From NCBI GenBank assembly GCA_045805245.1, contig JBJMLP010000226.1, forward strand, positions 1-42,617: a stretch of 42,617 bases of DNA. Direction: 5' to 3'. Positions 33,450 to 42,487 of this stretch are shown here, piece after piece. The stretch comes from Actinomycetota bacterium. Its GTDB lineage: Bacteria > Actinomycetota > UBA4738 > JBJMLN01. The stretch's first letter is position 1, and every line of letters starts with the position of its first letter. Both the position numbers and the translations under genes were made by a program. The notes beneath the pieces are model-generated. The model did not search any database and had not been told where the DNA came from. It saw nothing but the letters and a program-made list of their open reading frames with translations.

Positions 33450-34724
33450 ATGAGGTTCCGGAAGATCGCCGCGCCCGTGCTCGTGCTCCCGCTCGCGTTG
33501 GCCGCGTGCACGGGAGGGAGTGAGCCCTCTGCAAGACCGGCGTCATCGAACGCGACGGTGCCGAGCCAGATGCTCGTGCTCGACCAGGGCTCCGGGGTCG
33601 TGGCGATCGATCCGGCGACCGGGTCGCTGATGTTCCGGCGGTCCGGGATCACCCCGCTCCCGGACTGGTCGAAGGGCTTCGCCGCCTCCGATTCGGCCGG
33701 ATCGACCGACGTCAGGGAGATCGACCCGGCGACGGGAGCGACGCTGACGAGCGTGAGCGTCCGCGGCAGGTACGAGATCGGGGCCGTCGCGGCCGACGGA
33801 GACGCCGTGGCGCTCGTGCCACCGACGCATCCCGGAGCGGAGCCGTGGACCCCCGTCGATCGCGCCTCCACGACGATCGCGGTCGCCACCCCCGGAGACC
33901 CCTCCGGCTCCTCGGAGCGCTACCGGCTGCACGGCAACTACGCTCCCGAGGCGTTCTCAACCGACGACTCGGAGCTCCTGATGCTGGAGTACCTGCCGCC
34001 GACGGATCCCGTCTCCTATCGGGTGGTGAGGTTGGAGCTCGCCAAGGGCAACGTCGAGAGCGTCTACGGGCGAACGAAGTTCGCGAAGCCGATGGGGCCG
34101 ATGAGGGGAACGCGCCTGGAGCAGGTTCCCGCGCCCGACGGCACTCGTCTCTACACGCTCTACACCGACCAGCCGGCGGACTACGCCGAGGAGTACTCCG
34201 AGTACGCGAACAAGGGCCACGGCCCGGTCGCGTTCGTCCACACGCTGGATCTCCAGGAGCGATGGGCGTACTGCGTCGATCTCCCGCGCGCGTTCGGGCC
34301 GGGCGAGGCCGCCGCGAAGGCGATCGCGCTCTCGCAGGACGGCTCGCGGTTGTACGCGGTCGACACCGACCACGGCCTGGTCGCCGCCATCGACACGGAA
34401 CGGCTGAGGGTCGTCGGCGTGGAACACGTTCCGTTCGGCCTCGGTGAGCGCGGGCAGACGATGGCGACCGTCAGCAGCGACGGCGGGACGCTCTTCGTCG
34501 GCCGTGGCTCCAAGGTGATCGATCTCCGGCTCGAGAACATGAAGGCCCTCGACCGCTGGTCGCTCGACGGCGCGGCGAACGGCCTCGCGACGTCGTCGGA
34601 TCGGCTGTACGCGGCGACGAACGACGGCGTGCGGATCCTGAACCCGGAGACCGGGACGGCCGTCGGCTCGGTCCCCGTCTCCGGCGTGACGGGGATCGCG
34701 TACCTGGGAACGGCGACCGCCTAG
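33450..34724 (+). CDS. Lipoprotein with predicted beta-propeller fold
   Basis: MRFRKIAAPVLVLPLALAAC has the lipobox LAAC. It is preceded by GGAGGAGG 8 nt upstream. The body has repeated DG..LY.. strand-rich segments (LSQDGSRLYAVD, SSDGGTLFVG, SSDRLYAATNDG). Confidence 0.7.
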   Translation: MRFRKIAAPVLVLPLALAACTGGSEPSARPASSNATVPSQMLVLDQGSGVVAIDPATGSLMFRRSGITPLPDWSKGFAASDSAGSTDVREIDPATGATLTSVSVRGRYEIGAVAADGDAVALVPPTHPGAEPWTPVDRASTTIAVATPGDPSGSSERYRLHGNYAPEAFSTDDSELLMLEYLPPTDPVSYRVVRLELAKGNVESVYGRTKFAKPMGPMRGTRLEQVPAPDGTRLYTLYTDQPADYAEEYSEYANKGHGPVAFVHTLDLQERWAYCVDLPRAFGPGEAAAKAIALSQDGSRLYAVDTDHGLVAAIDTERLRVVGVEHVPFGLGERGQTMATVSSDGGTLFVGRGSKVIDLRLENMKALDRWSLDGAANGLATSSDRLYAATNDGVRILNPETGTAVGSVPVSGVTGIAYLGTATA

Positions 34725-34767
34725 AGACGAGCTCCGTCCGGGCCGTGGTGCGTTCCGGGAAGGGCGG

Positions 34768-36885
34768 TCAGCGCTTCGGACGGCGCCGCGAGGGCTTGTC
34801 CTCAGGCTGCACGCCGAGCTCGCGGCCGAAGCGACGTGGCGGCGTCGTCGCGTCCCCGCGGTCGCGGGCGAACGCATCCTGGCGACCCCAGCGGCCGGGG
34901 ATGTCGAGCACCTCGATGCGGCCGATCCCGGAGGGGAGCGCCGGATCGACGAGGAGGTGATCTCCGGACGGCTCGAGCCCGAGCATCGTCCGCAACAGCA
35001 ACAACGGCGCTCCCGTCGACCAGGCCTGCGGACTGCAGGCGGTCGGATACTGCACCGGGTACTTCGTCTCCGTTCGCGGATAGCCGCCGAAGGCTTCCGG
35101 GAGTCGGCCGAGGAAGAACCGGGCGGCGTCGAGGATCCCCGCCGCGATCCGCGCCGCCTCCTGCTTGTAGCCGTAGCGACGAAGCCCCCAGGCGATGAAC
35201 GAGGAGTCGAACGGCCAGACGGTTCCCACGTGGTAGCCGATCGGGTTGTACCGACCCTCTCCCTCCGCCATCGTGCGGATGCCCCAGCCGGAGAACAGGC
35301 GCGGGCCCATCAGGTGCCCCACGCAGTCCTTCGCCTTGGCCCTGTCGGCGATTCCGCTCCACAGGAGGTGGCCGATGTTCGATGAGAGCGAATCGACCTG
35401 TCGGCCGTCGGGGTCCAGCGCCAGCGCGAAGTAGCGGCCGTCCTCCACCCAGAAGTCGCGATTGAAACGCCGCTTGAGGTCGGCGGCCTCACGCTCGAGA
35501 CGGTCGGCATACGCCGTGTCCTTCCACACCGTCCGAGCGAGACGCGCTGCGCGGACCTTCGCGTCGTACGCATACCCCTGCAGCTCGCACGTGGCACGGG
35601 GGAACCCGGGAAGGTCGCCGTTCCTGAACGCGATCGAGTCCCAGGAGTCCTTCCAGCACTGGTTCTCGAGGCCCGTCTCCTGCTTGCGCTCGTAGGAGAC
35701 GTAGCCGTTCCCGGTCCGGTTGCCGTAGTCGTCGATCCACGCGATCGCACCGCGCGCGGCGGACTCGAGCGAACGGACCAGCGCGCGGTCGCCCGTCCAG
35801 CGTTCGTACTCGTCGAGGAGCACGACGAACAGCGGGGTCGCATCGGCCGCGCCGAAGTATGGGGAATGCGGACGCTCCTCGAAGGCGGTCAGCTCTCCGA
35901 AGCGCATCTCGTGGAGGATGCGGCCCGGCTCCTCCTCGCGGAAGTCGTCGATGCGCGTTCCCTGCCGCTGCGCGAGCGCGCGGAGCGTCGTGGCGGCGAG
36001 GTCCGGCGTGAACGGAAGCGCCTGGAGGCTCGTGAAGATGGAGTCGCGCCCGAACATCGTCATGAACCACGGAAGGCCAGCCGCGGGGAGACTCTGTCCC
36101 GGAAGCGACAGCGGCGAGAACCGGAGCGCGGCCAGGTCGACGAGGCTCCGCTCGTAGATCACCTTCAGCCACTCCCAGTCGGACTCCAGCTGCGGAGCGT
36201 CCGCGAGCCAGCGGTCGAGGCTCCGCTGCATCTCCGTCTGATGTCGGTCGTCGCGCTTGTGCGCCTTGGTCTCCTCAGCCCGGAGTGCCATCCCCATCTG
36301 GGAGGTGACGACGTCGACGTCGGTGCTCCACCGTTCCCCGGGTTCGATCCGGACGCGGAACGTCAGGCCGTGCTCGTCAATCTCCGCGCGCTCGGAGGTG
36401 GTGACCTCCGTCTCCCGTGCGTAGCGCTTCCGCTCGTAGCGGAGGACCAGGCGATCCTTCTCCACCCGGCGCGCGTACTTCCCCTTCTTCTTCAGCGCGT
36501 CTTTGACCTCGAAGAGATCCGCGAAGTCGCTGCCCGCCTCGATCCGGATCGTGAGGTCAGCGGGATCCGCGTCGTGGTTGAAGACCGTGAGCGACTCGTG
36601 GAACCCGTCACCCACCGTGCGGTGGCGGATCACCGAGAGCTTCGCGTCGACGTAGACCGTTCCCGTTCCCGGAACGAGGAAGAAGCGCGTCTCGAAGTAC
36701 TGGAGATCGTCGACCGACAGGGAGTTCAGGCGCTGCCCGTCGACGGTCAGGATCCAACTCGAAAGGAAGCGGGTGTCCCACGCGAACAGGCCGGTCGGAT
36801 CGTCGATCGAGGCCTCGATGTCTCCCCGATCGTCGCTCACGACGAAGGTGTTGCCGTCGAGGATCTTGACGAGGTCGTCGCTCAC
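34768..36885 (-). CDS. Amylo-alpha-1,6-glucosidase / glycogen-debranching-enzyme-like protein (GDE_N + GDE_C)
   Basis: Starts VSDDLVKILDGNTFVVSDDRGDI. Also contains GLPWFMTMFGRDS, ILHEMRFGE, YFGAADATPLF, CWKDSWD and QAWS. GTG at 36883-36885 overlaps the SCP2 stop (GTGA). The 75-aa upstream extension in the track overlaps the SCP2 gene. Confidence 0.85.
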   Translation of the reverse strand: MSDDLVKILDGNTFVVSDDRGDIEASIDDPTGLFAWDTRFLSSWILTVDGQRLNSLSVDDLQYFETRFFLVPGTGTVYVDAKLSVIRHRTVGDGFHESLTVFNHDADPADLTIRIEAGSDFADLFEVKDALKKKGKYARRVEKDRLVLRYERKRYARETEVTTSERAEIDEHGLTFRVRIEPGERWSTDVDVVTSQMGMALRAEETKAHKRDDRHQTEMQRSLDRWLADAPQLESDWEWLKVIYERSLVDLAALRFSPLSLPGQSLPAAGLPWFMTMFGRDSIFTSLQALPFTPDLAATTLRALAQRQGTRIDDFREEEPGRILHEMRFGELTAFEERPHSPYFGAADATPLFVVLLDEYERWTGDRALVRSLESAARGAIAWIDDYGNRTGNGYVSYERKQETGLENQCWKDSWDSIAFRNGDLPGFPRATCELQGYAYDAKVRAARLARTVWKDTAYADRLEREAADLKRRFNRDFWVEDGRYFALALDPDGRQVDSLSSNIGHLLWSGIADRAKAKDCVGHLMGPRLFSGWGIRTMAEGEGRYNPIGYHVGTVWPFDSSFIAWGLRRYGYKQEAARIAAGILDAARFFLGRLPEAFGGYPRTETKYPVQYPTACSPQAWSTGAPLLLLRTMLGLEPSGDHLLVDPALPSGIGRIEVLDIPGRWGRQDAFARDRGDATTPPRRFGRELGVQPEDKPSRRRPKR

Positions 36886-37226
36886 GCGCCCGCCCGATCG
36901 CGCGGAGGTCCGGGGTACAGGCGCTGGAAGCCGAGGAGGAGCGCGACCTGGCCCTGGATCTCGATCTCTCCGCGGAGAGCAGCGGAGACGGCGTTCAGCT
37001 TGCCGGTCGCGAGCCCGTCGGAGAGCTTCGCCTCCATCGTGGCGATGCAGTCGGCCTTCCCCTTGCGATGCGAGACCTTCACTTCGCCGTCGTCGAGCTG
37101 AAGGAACCACGACTCGATGACTTTCCCGTCGCGGAGATCGAGCCGGATCGTCCCCGACAGCTGACGCAGAACCGGATCGTTGTTTCGCGAGGGCAGCGTC
37201 TCCAGGAAGTCGGATGTAGCGCTCAG
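36882..37226 (-). CDS. SCP2 sterol/lipid-carrier-like domain protein (~114 aa)
   Basis: FLQLDDGEVKVSHRKGKADCIATMEAKLSDGLATGKLNAVSAALRGEIEIQGQVALLLGFQRLY is SCP2-like. The track start (TTG 37298) lies inside tRNA-Arg. The only supported start is CTG at 37224-37226, 6 nt downstream of AAGGAGG (37233-37239). Confidence 0.6.
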   Translation of the reverse strand: MSATSDFLETLPSRNNDPVLRQLSGTIRLDLRDGKVIESWFLQLDDGEVKVSHRKGKADCIATMEAKLSDGLATGKLNAVSAALRGEIEIQGQVALLLGFQRLYPGPPRDRAGA

Positions 37227-37271
37227 CCGGGGCCTCCTTGCCGGGTGATCCTTCCGAGGATGTTCGCTCTG

Positions 37272-37346
<75 letters not shown>

Positions 37347-37384
37347 AGCGTTTCGGGTAACGCCGGCCAGTCTACCGGCCCGAC

Positions 37385-38731
37385 TCAGGCGCGAGAGAAC
37401 TGCGGGAGGAGGTCCGCGTGCGCCTCCAGGAGTTCGTCCAGCATCGCCTCGGCCTCGGTCGCGTCGCGATTGCTGACCGGGTCGAGCAGCAGCGCCTCGA
37501 GCGCTGCCCCGCGGTCGCCGTGGACGGCCGCCTCCACGACGCGGTCCTGGATCGCAATCTGCTGGTTGAACAGGGACGTGATCCCTGCCGGGAGCGAACC
37601 CATCGCCAGGCCGCGGACGCCGTAGGAGCCGGCGACGGCCGGGATCTCCACGATCGCCCAGTCCGGCAGCCCGCGGATCGCACCGTCGTTCACGACGTTC
37701 ACCGCGAGCTCGTACTGGTTGCGTCCGCCTGCGACGGCGCCGACGATCATCGGCGCCCGGTCGTCCATCCGAGCGTCGGAGGAGAGCAGCGTCGTCGCGT
37801 CGAGCTCTCCGCGAGCCGCGGCGTGCATCTTCTCCCGCACGTCCTTGCGGCGCTGTTCCACCTCGTCGAGCCGGTCGGCGAACGGATGCCCGTCGGGGCG
37901 CGCCCACGGGAGGTACTCGCCGACGTGGTCGTCGTACTGGGACGGATACAGCCCGTGGAGCTTGAACAACCGCCGGGACACGATCTCGAAGTCGGGGTCG
38001 TACGCCTCCAGACGCTCACGGAACGCGGGGTAGAGATCCTCTCCCGTCCGCCGGTCCCGGAGCTGGGTGATGAAGGTGATGTGGTTGAGGCCGCACGCCT
38101 GCACCTCCAGGAAATCCGCGACGGCCTGCTCCTGCTCCTCCTCCGCAGGGGAGTCCCACTCCGCGGTGATCCACCCCATCACGCGGCCCACCTTCGAGTA
38201 CGCCATCGCGATCCCGTGGCAGAGACCGACGACGCGCACCGACGTGTGGCGCGTCAGCGCGAGGCACACGCGCGTGAGCGGGTTGGAGTAGTTGAGGAGC
38301 AACGCGTCCGGCGCGAGGCGCTCGACGTCCCGCGCGATCCCGAGTACCAACGGGATCTGCCGCAGGGAATGGGAGAGCGCTCCCGGGCCTCCGTTCTCCC
38401 CATAGGTGTGGATCACGCCGTGCGCGATCGGGATCTCCCAGTCCTTCGCCCACGCGTCGAAGCGCGCGACCTCCACGGCGTTGATGACGAAGTCGGCGCC
38501 GGGAATGACCTCGAGCCGGTCGGTCGAGGCCTCCACCTTGAAGGGAGCGCCGAGCTCGTCGTTCGCGGCGGCGACCCAGCCCGCCATCGCGTCGAGGCCC
38601 TCCGGTTCGATGTCGACGAGCGAGACCGTCGCGCCGTCGAGCGTCTCCCGCTCCTCGAACAGGCCGGAGATCGTCGGCAGCCCGAACTCCGTGCTCGCCG
38701 CGCCGACGATCACGATCTTCGGTGCGGCCAC
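37385..38731 (-). CDS. Glycoside hydrolase family 4 (NAD/Mn-dependent alpha-glucosidase/galactosidase-like)
   Basis: KIVIVGAASTEFG N-terminal Rossmann, NYSNPL and the GLCHG metal-site motif. The size is ~448 aa. Confidence 0.85.
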   Translation of the reverse strand: MAAPKIVIVGAASTEFGLPTISGLFEERETLDGATVSLVDIEPEGLDAMAGWVAAANDELGAPFKVEASTDRLEVIPGADFVINAVEVARFDAWAKDWEIPIAHGVIHTYGENGGPGALSHSLRQIPLVLGIARDVERLAPDALLLNYSNPLTRVCLALTRHTSVRVVGLCHGIAMAYSKVGRVMGWITAEWDSPAEEEQEQAVADFLEVQACGLNHITFITQLRDRRTGEDLYPAFRERLEAYDPDFEIVSRRLFKLHGLYPSQYDDHVGEYLPWARPDGHPFADRLDEVEQRRKDVREKMHAAARGELDATTLLSSDARMDDRAPMIVGAVAGGRNQYELAVNVVNDGAIRGLPDWAIVEIPAVAGSYGVRGLAMGSLPAGITSLFNQQIAIQDRVVEAAVHGDRGAALEALLLDPVSNRDATEAEAMLDELLEAHADLLPQFSRA

Positions 38732-38740
38732 GCGCGAACC

Positions 38741-39847
38741 CTACTTCACGTCGAACTCGGCGAAGTGATCCGTTCCGACGGTCGTTCCACCGAGCTCGAT
38801 CTTGGAGAACTCTCCGCCGACGTAGACGTTCTTCGCCGAGCCTCGGATCGTCCACACGGGTTTGTTGGGCAGCGGATGCCAGGACGTCACGAGGTTGCCC
38901 TGGAACGTGAGCGCGGCGAGGCGTGGAGCGGGCTTCAGGTCGACGGTCAGGAAATGGCCTCCGACGATCACCTTCTTGTCGGCGATCGAGACGGCCTGGA
39001 CGTCGCCGTTGCAGAACACCCGCCACAGCTCGTGACCGCTCGAGTTGAAGACCTGAACGCGGCCGCCCTGTCCGGCCTCCGCGACGACGATCATGCCTTC
39101 GTGCTGAGCGATGTCTTCCACCCAGCGATCCGGGTCGGGGTGGACGGCCCAGTCGCCCAGCGTTCCGTTCGAGCGGAAGATCGCCAGATACCGCTCCGGG
39201 TGCCCGTTCACGGCGGTGAACACGCCCCCAATGATGAGCTGTCCGGTCGGCAGCGCCCGGATGACGCGCACCGCTCGGTTGACGGACGGATGCCAGGGCG
39301 TCAGGTGTCCACCGCTCGGGATGTTCACGGCGGCGATGTGCGTACGGTGCTGATTGTTCACCTGTCCGAAACGTCCGCCGAGATAGAGCGTCGAGCCGCT
39401 TACGGAGAGCGAGCGCACGAGCGCGCCCGCATTCACCCTGAGACCCGTCAGCGTGCCGTCCTTCCGGATACCGACGACGCGGTTCCGCACCTGCCCGTGC
39501 ACGCGGGTGAACGTTCCGCCAGCGATCAGGGTGTCGTGATAGGCGGCCATCGCGTAGACGATGCCGTTCGCCCCGGGATTCCACGCCGTGAGCCGGCCGG
39601 TGCTCGCGTTGACCGCCATGAGGTGAGCCCGGGCAACGTGCTGTCCGGAGGGGCCGACCGCGGCGGTGAACTCCCCACCGAGGTAGATCACGCCGCCGAT
39701 CCGGCGGATCGCCCAGACCCGGCCGTTCGCTCCCCAGACCCCGCGCTCAGGCGAGGTGTGGATCGTCGCCGAGGCCGTCGATCCGGCGAGCGCCACGATC
39801 ACCAGGCACGCCGCGACGACGACGCGCGCCCGAAACCTCTCTCCCAT
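38741..39847 (-). CDS. Secreted seven-bladed beta-propeller repeat protein
   Basis: A signal peptide (VVVAACLVIVALAGSTASA) is followed by seven ~45-50 aa repeats. Each has the form V..i...g..lyvGG.F..v.g..r..la......G.l..W.P. Examples are IYLGGEFTAA, LIAGGTFTRV, LYLGGRFGQV, LIIGGVFTAV, VIVGGHFLTV and VYVGGEFSKI. Confidence 0.75.
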   Translation of the reverse strand: MGERFRARVVVAACLVIVALAGSTASATIHTSPERGVWGANGRVWAIRRIGGVIYLGGEFTAAVGPSGQHVARAHLMAVNASTGRLTAWNPGANGIVYAMAAYHDTLIAGGTFTRVHGQVRNRVVGIRKDGTLTGLRVNAGALVRSLSVSGSTLYLGGRFGQVNNQHRTHIAAVNIPSGGHLTPWHPSVNRAVRVIRALPTGQLIIGGVFTAVNGHPERYLAIFRSNGTLGDWAVHPDPDRWVEDIAQHEGMIVVAEAGQGGRVQVFNSSGHELWRVFCNGDVQAVSIADKKVIVGGHFLTVDLKPAPRLAALTFQGNLVTSWHPLPNKPVWTIRGSAKNVYVGGEFSKIELGGTTVGTDHFAEFDVK

Positions 39848-39943
39848 CGCTCTCCTCCGGTGGAATCGGCGGGCGATGACCCTACCGCAAACGCCCCAGA
39901 CGTTCGGGCCGGGTCAAACACTCGAGGAACGCTCCGGAGCCGC

Positions 39944-40708
39944 TCAGGCAGCTCGTTCGAGCTTCCGCACCTTCCAGATGTGCTCGGAGGGAAACGCTCG
40001 CGCCCAGTCCTTCGAGGCGTAGTCCCCGTAGGTGGTCGTCGCGTCCTCCGACGGCCGGAGCTCGATCAGGTCCTCCACCTCGAAGCCGCTCGAGCGGAAC
40101 AGCCGGATCCACTCCCCGTAGGTGAGCTGCCACTCCACGTCGTCCGGCTCGGACATCCGTCCCAGCGCGAAGTAGTCGCGCACGAGCTGCCGCCCCGGCT
40201 GCCCTTCCCCGTCCGGCCAGCACATCCAGATCACGGGGGTGGAGATGTCGAACACCAATCGTCCCCCCGGGCGCAGGACGCGAGATGCCTCCGGGATCGT
40301 GAGATGCGGGTCGGTGAACGACGTCGCACCGTGATCGCAGAAAACGAGATCGAACGAGCCATCCGCGAACGGGAGCTCCTCCGCGCTCGCTCGCACGAGC
40401 GGCATGCGCGTAGCGCTGGCCGCGACGTTCTCGACCGCATGTCGGAGTTGGTTTTCCGAGAAGTCCATGCCGACGACATGGGCGCCGCGGCGGGAGACCT
40501 TGATACCCCCCTGCGCGGCCCCGCATCCGAGCTCCAGCGCGCGGAGTCCGGAGACGCCGCCGAGCGCATGCACCTCGTCCTCAGGGACGTCCCACGTGCC
40601 CCAGCCGAGGAAGTCCCAGCGATTGAGCTGCTTCGCGTGCTCCTCTTGATAGGAGTCGCTCTCCGCCTCCCACGAGCGGAGGTTCGTCCGGACGTCGTCG
40701 CGGCTCAC
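39944..40708 (-). CDS. Class I SAM-dependent methyltransferase
   Basis: Motif I is ALELGCGAAQG. Post-I is VVGMDFS. Also RVLRPGGRLVF. GTG start at 40706-40708. Confidence 0.85.
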   Translation of the reverse strand: MSRDDVRTNLRSWEAESDSYQEEHAKQLNRWDFLGWGTWDVPEDEVHALGGVSGLRALELGCGAAQGGIKVSRRGAHVVGMDFSENQLRHAVENVAASATRMPLVRASAEELPFADGSFDLVFCDHGATSFTDPHLTIPEASRVLRPGGRLVFDISTPVIWMCWPDGEGQPGRQLVRDYFALGRMSEPDDVEWQLTYGEWIRLFRSSGFEVEDLIELRPSEDATTTYGDYASKDWARAFPSEHIWKVRKLERAA

Positions 40709-40830
40709 GCGGAACGCTCCGTGATCCGGCCGAGGGCGTCCTTCGCGGTCGCGTCGATGGAAAGGACACCGGCGAGCCCGCTGAGATCGATCACGAGGCC
40801 GGAGGCGGCGTTGGACACGTCCTCCATCAT
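40705..40830 (-). CDS. Possible 41-aa ORF translationally coupled to the methyltransferase
   Basis: Found by hand; it is below the track's size cut-off. The product is MMEDVSNAASGLVIDLSGLAGVLSIDATAKDALGRITERSA. Its TGA overlaps the methyltransferase GTG (GTGA). It has no SD and starts 19 nt downstream of tRNA-Ser(GCU). Confidence 0.25.
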   Translation of the reverse strand: MMEDVSNAASGLVIDLSGLAGVLSIDATAKDALGRITERSA

Positions 40831-40849
40831 CGCCGACGAGAGCCGGAAG

Positions 40850-40938
40850 CGGAGACGGGAGGATTCGAACCTCCGAGGGAGTTTGACCCCCCTAACCGCT
40901 TAGCAGGCGGCTGCTTTCGGCCACTCAGCCACGTCTCC
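40850..40938 (-). tRNA. tRNA-Ser(GCU)
   Basis: Acceptor GGAGACG/CGUCUCC, D-arm GGCUGAGUGGCCGAAAGC, anticodon loop CUGCUAA, a long variable arm, and T-arm GGUUCGAAUCC. CCA is not encoded. Confidence 0.9.
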
Positions 40939-41042
40939 GGGGCGATTCTAGTGGACGCCCTCCGGACGACCCCTTTCGTTTCTCATGCGGGCCCGGGGGT
41001 AGAGACCCCGACACATCGCACCATTGAGAAAGGGGAAGCACC

Positions 41043-41834
41043 ATGCTCGCCATCGATTTCCAGGCGGGAGCCTCCGAAGCGTGGCAGCACGTCGCCACGT
41101 TCATTCCGAAGTTCCTGGGGTTCCTCGCCATCCTCGTGATCGGCTATTTCCTCGCGAAGGTCCTCGCCCGCGTCGTGGACGACCTGCTGGAGCGGGTCGG
41201 CTTCGACCGCTGGGTGGAGCGCGGCGCCTTGAAAGAGGCTCTCGAGCGGAGCCGCTTCGACGCATCCGACATCCTCGCGATCGTCACGTTCTGGGCGGTG
41301 TTCCTGATCGCGCTCCAGCTCGCGTTCGGCGTCTTCGGCCCGAACCCGGTGAGCAACCTGATCGAGGGGATCATCGCGTTCCTGCCGAACATCTTCGTGG
41401 CCCTCGTGATCATGGTGATCGCCGCCGCCCTCGCGAAGGTCGTGACCGAGATCGTCCGGGCGACCCTCGGAGCGATGTCGGGCGGGGAGGTCCTCGCCCG
41501 GGCCGCGGGAGCCGCGATCCTCGTGATCGGAGTCTTCGCGGCGCTCACGCAGCTGCAGATCGCGCCCGCCATCGTGGTTGGACTCTTCTACGCGATGCTC
41601 GCGATCATCGTCGGCTCCGCCGTCGTCGCCTTCGGCGGCGGAGGGATCCCCGTCGCGCGGCGCTATCTGGAGCGCGCCTCCACGAAGCTCGAGGACAAGG
41701 GCCCGGAGATGCGACGCGCCGCGGAGGGTGCTCCGGAGCGGATCGCGGAGCGCACCGGTGAGCTCCGCGACCAGGTGGTGCGCGGTCCCGAGAGCGACAC
41801 CACGCAGGAGACGCCGACCGAGACGCGGTTCTGA
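41043..41834 (+). CDS. Membrane protein with conserved TM-helix repeats (mechanosensitive-channel-associated TM_helix family)
   Basis: Repeated segments of the type IP.FLGFLAILVIGYFLAKVL.R.V and IAFLPNIFVALVIMVIAAALAKVV are present. An acidic, hydrophilic C-terminal tail follows. Confidence 0.65.
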   Translation: MLAIDFQAGASEAWQHVATFIPKFLGFLAILVIGYFLAKVLARVVDDLLERVGFDRWVERGALKEALERSRFDASDILAIVTFWAVFLIALQLAFGVFGPNPVSNLIEGIIAFLPNIFVALVIMVIAAALAKVVTEIVRATLGAMSGGEVLARAAGAAILVIGVFAALTQLQIAPAIVVGLFYAMLAIIVGSAVVAFGGGGIPVARRYLERASTKLEDKGPEMRRAAEGAPERIAERTGELRDQVVRGPESDTTQETPTETRF

Positions 41835-42487
41835 TGCCGCGCGACGGCAGGCGTAGAAGAGGGGGTTTCTTCGGACCCGGCCCTCGCAGGGGGGGCGGAG
41901 GGCGCGGCTTCGGCGGCCGCCGCCGATTCGCGATGGCGGGCGGAGGGATGGGCGGGGCCCGGCCGCACTACATGCCGCGGAGAGGCGGACGCGGCGGAGG
42001 CTTCCCGCTTATCGCCGGCATCGTCGTGCTCGCGCTGCTCGGCTTGGTGCTGTGGCTCTTCCTCCGGAGCGGAGGCACCGGAGGGAGCACCGAGAGCGCT
42101 CCGTCGAACAATGGGGCGGCGACCTCCTCCGCGAAGGTGGAGTCCAACGGCACCGATCTGCTCGGGCTCGCCGCGGACGGCACGTCCTCGGACTTCGAGC
42201 CTTACGAGAACCAGCCGGTTCACGCGTCGAACGTGCCGGTCGTGTCGACCGTCGGGGACGGCGTGTTCTGGATCGGAACGAGCTCGGAGAACCGGCTGCT
42301 CGTCGTCTCCGCCGGCTCTGCGCCGAGCGTGAACCCCGGCGACGTGGTGTCGATCGACGGAACGCTTCGCGTGCTTCCCGTTGACTTCGCGACGCGATAC
42401 GGCGTGAGCGACAGCATGGACCAGGCGGATCTCCAGCGGACCGGCCACTACGTCGCGGCCGATCGGATCGACACCGGACAGAGCTAG
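41834..42487 (+). CDS. Bitopic membrane protein with Arg/Gly-rich (RGG-like) cytoplasmic N-terminus
   Basis: The N-terminus is MPRDGRRRRGGFFGPGPRRGGGGRGFGGRRRF...RRGGRGGG, followed by the TM helix FPLIAGIVVLALLGLVLWLFL and a ~140-aa extracytoplasmic domain. Its ATG shares one nucleotide with the upstream stop (TGATG). I recognise no family. Confidence 0.55.
   Translation: MPRDGRRRRGGFFGPGPRRGGGGRGFGGRRRFAMAGGGMGGARPHYMPRRGGRGGGFPLIAGIVVLALLGLVLWLFLRSGGTGGSTESAPSNNGAATSSAKVESNGTDLLGLAADGTSSDFEPYENQPVHASNVPVVSTVGDGVFWIGTSSENRLLVVSAGSAPSVNPGDVVSIDGTLRVLPVDFATRYGVSDSMDQADLQRTGHYVAADRIDTGQS

Noticed and set aside
37418-40903. A 1161-aa plus-strand ORF, the longest in the track. Similar very long ORFs occur at 1954-3732(-), 2598-3971(+ part), 14348-15973(-), 28588-30342(-), 38016-39584(-), 25382-27208(-), 9916-11553(+), 12857-14623(+) and 35866-37101(+).
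   Set aside because: Their translations are Arg/Pro/Gly/Asp-rich with no recognisable motifs. Each lies antisense to or frame-shifted from an ORF with clear family signatures. This is the usual shadow-ORF artefact of high-GC DNA with few stop codons.
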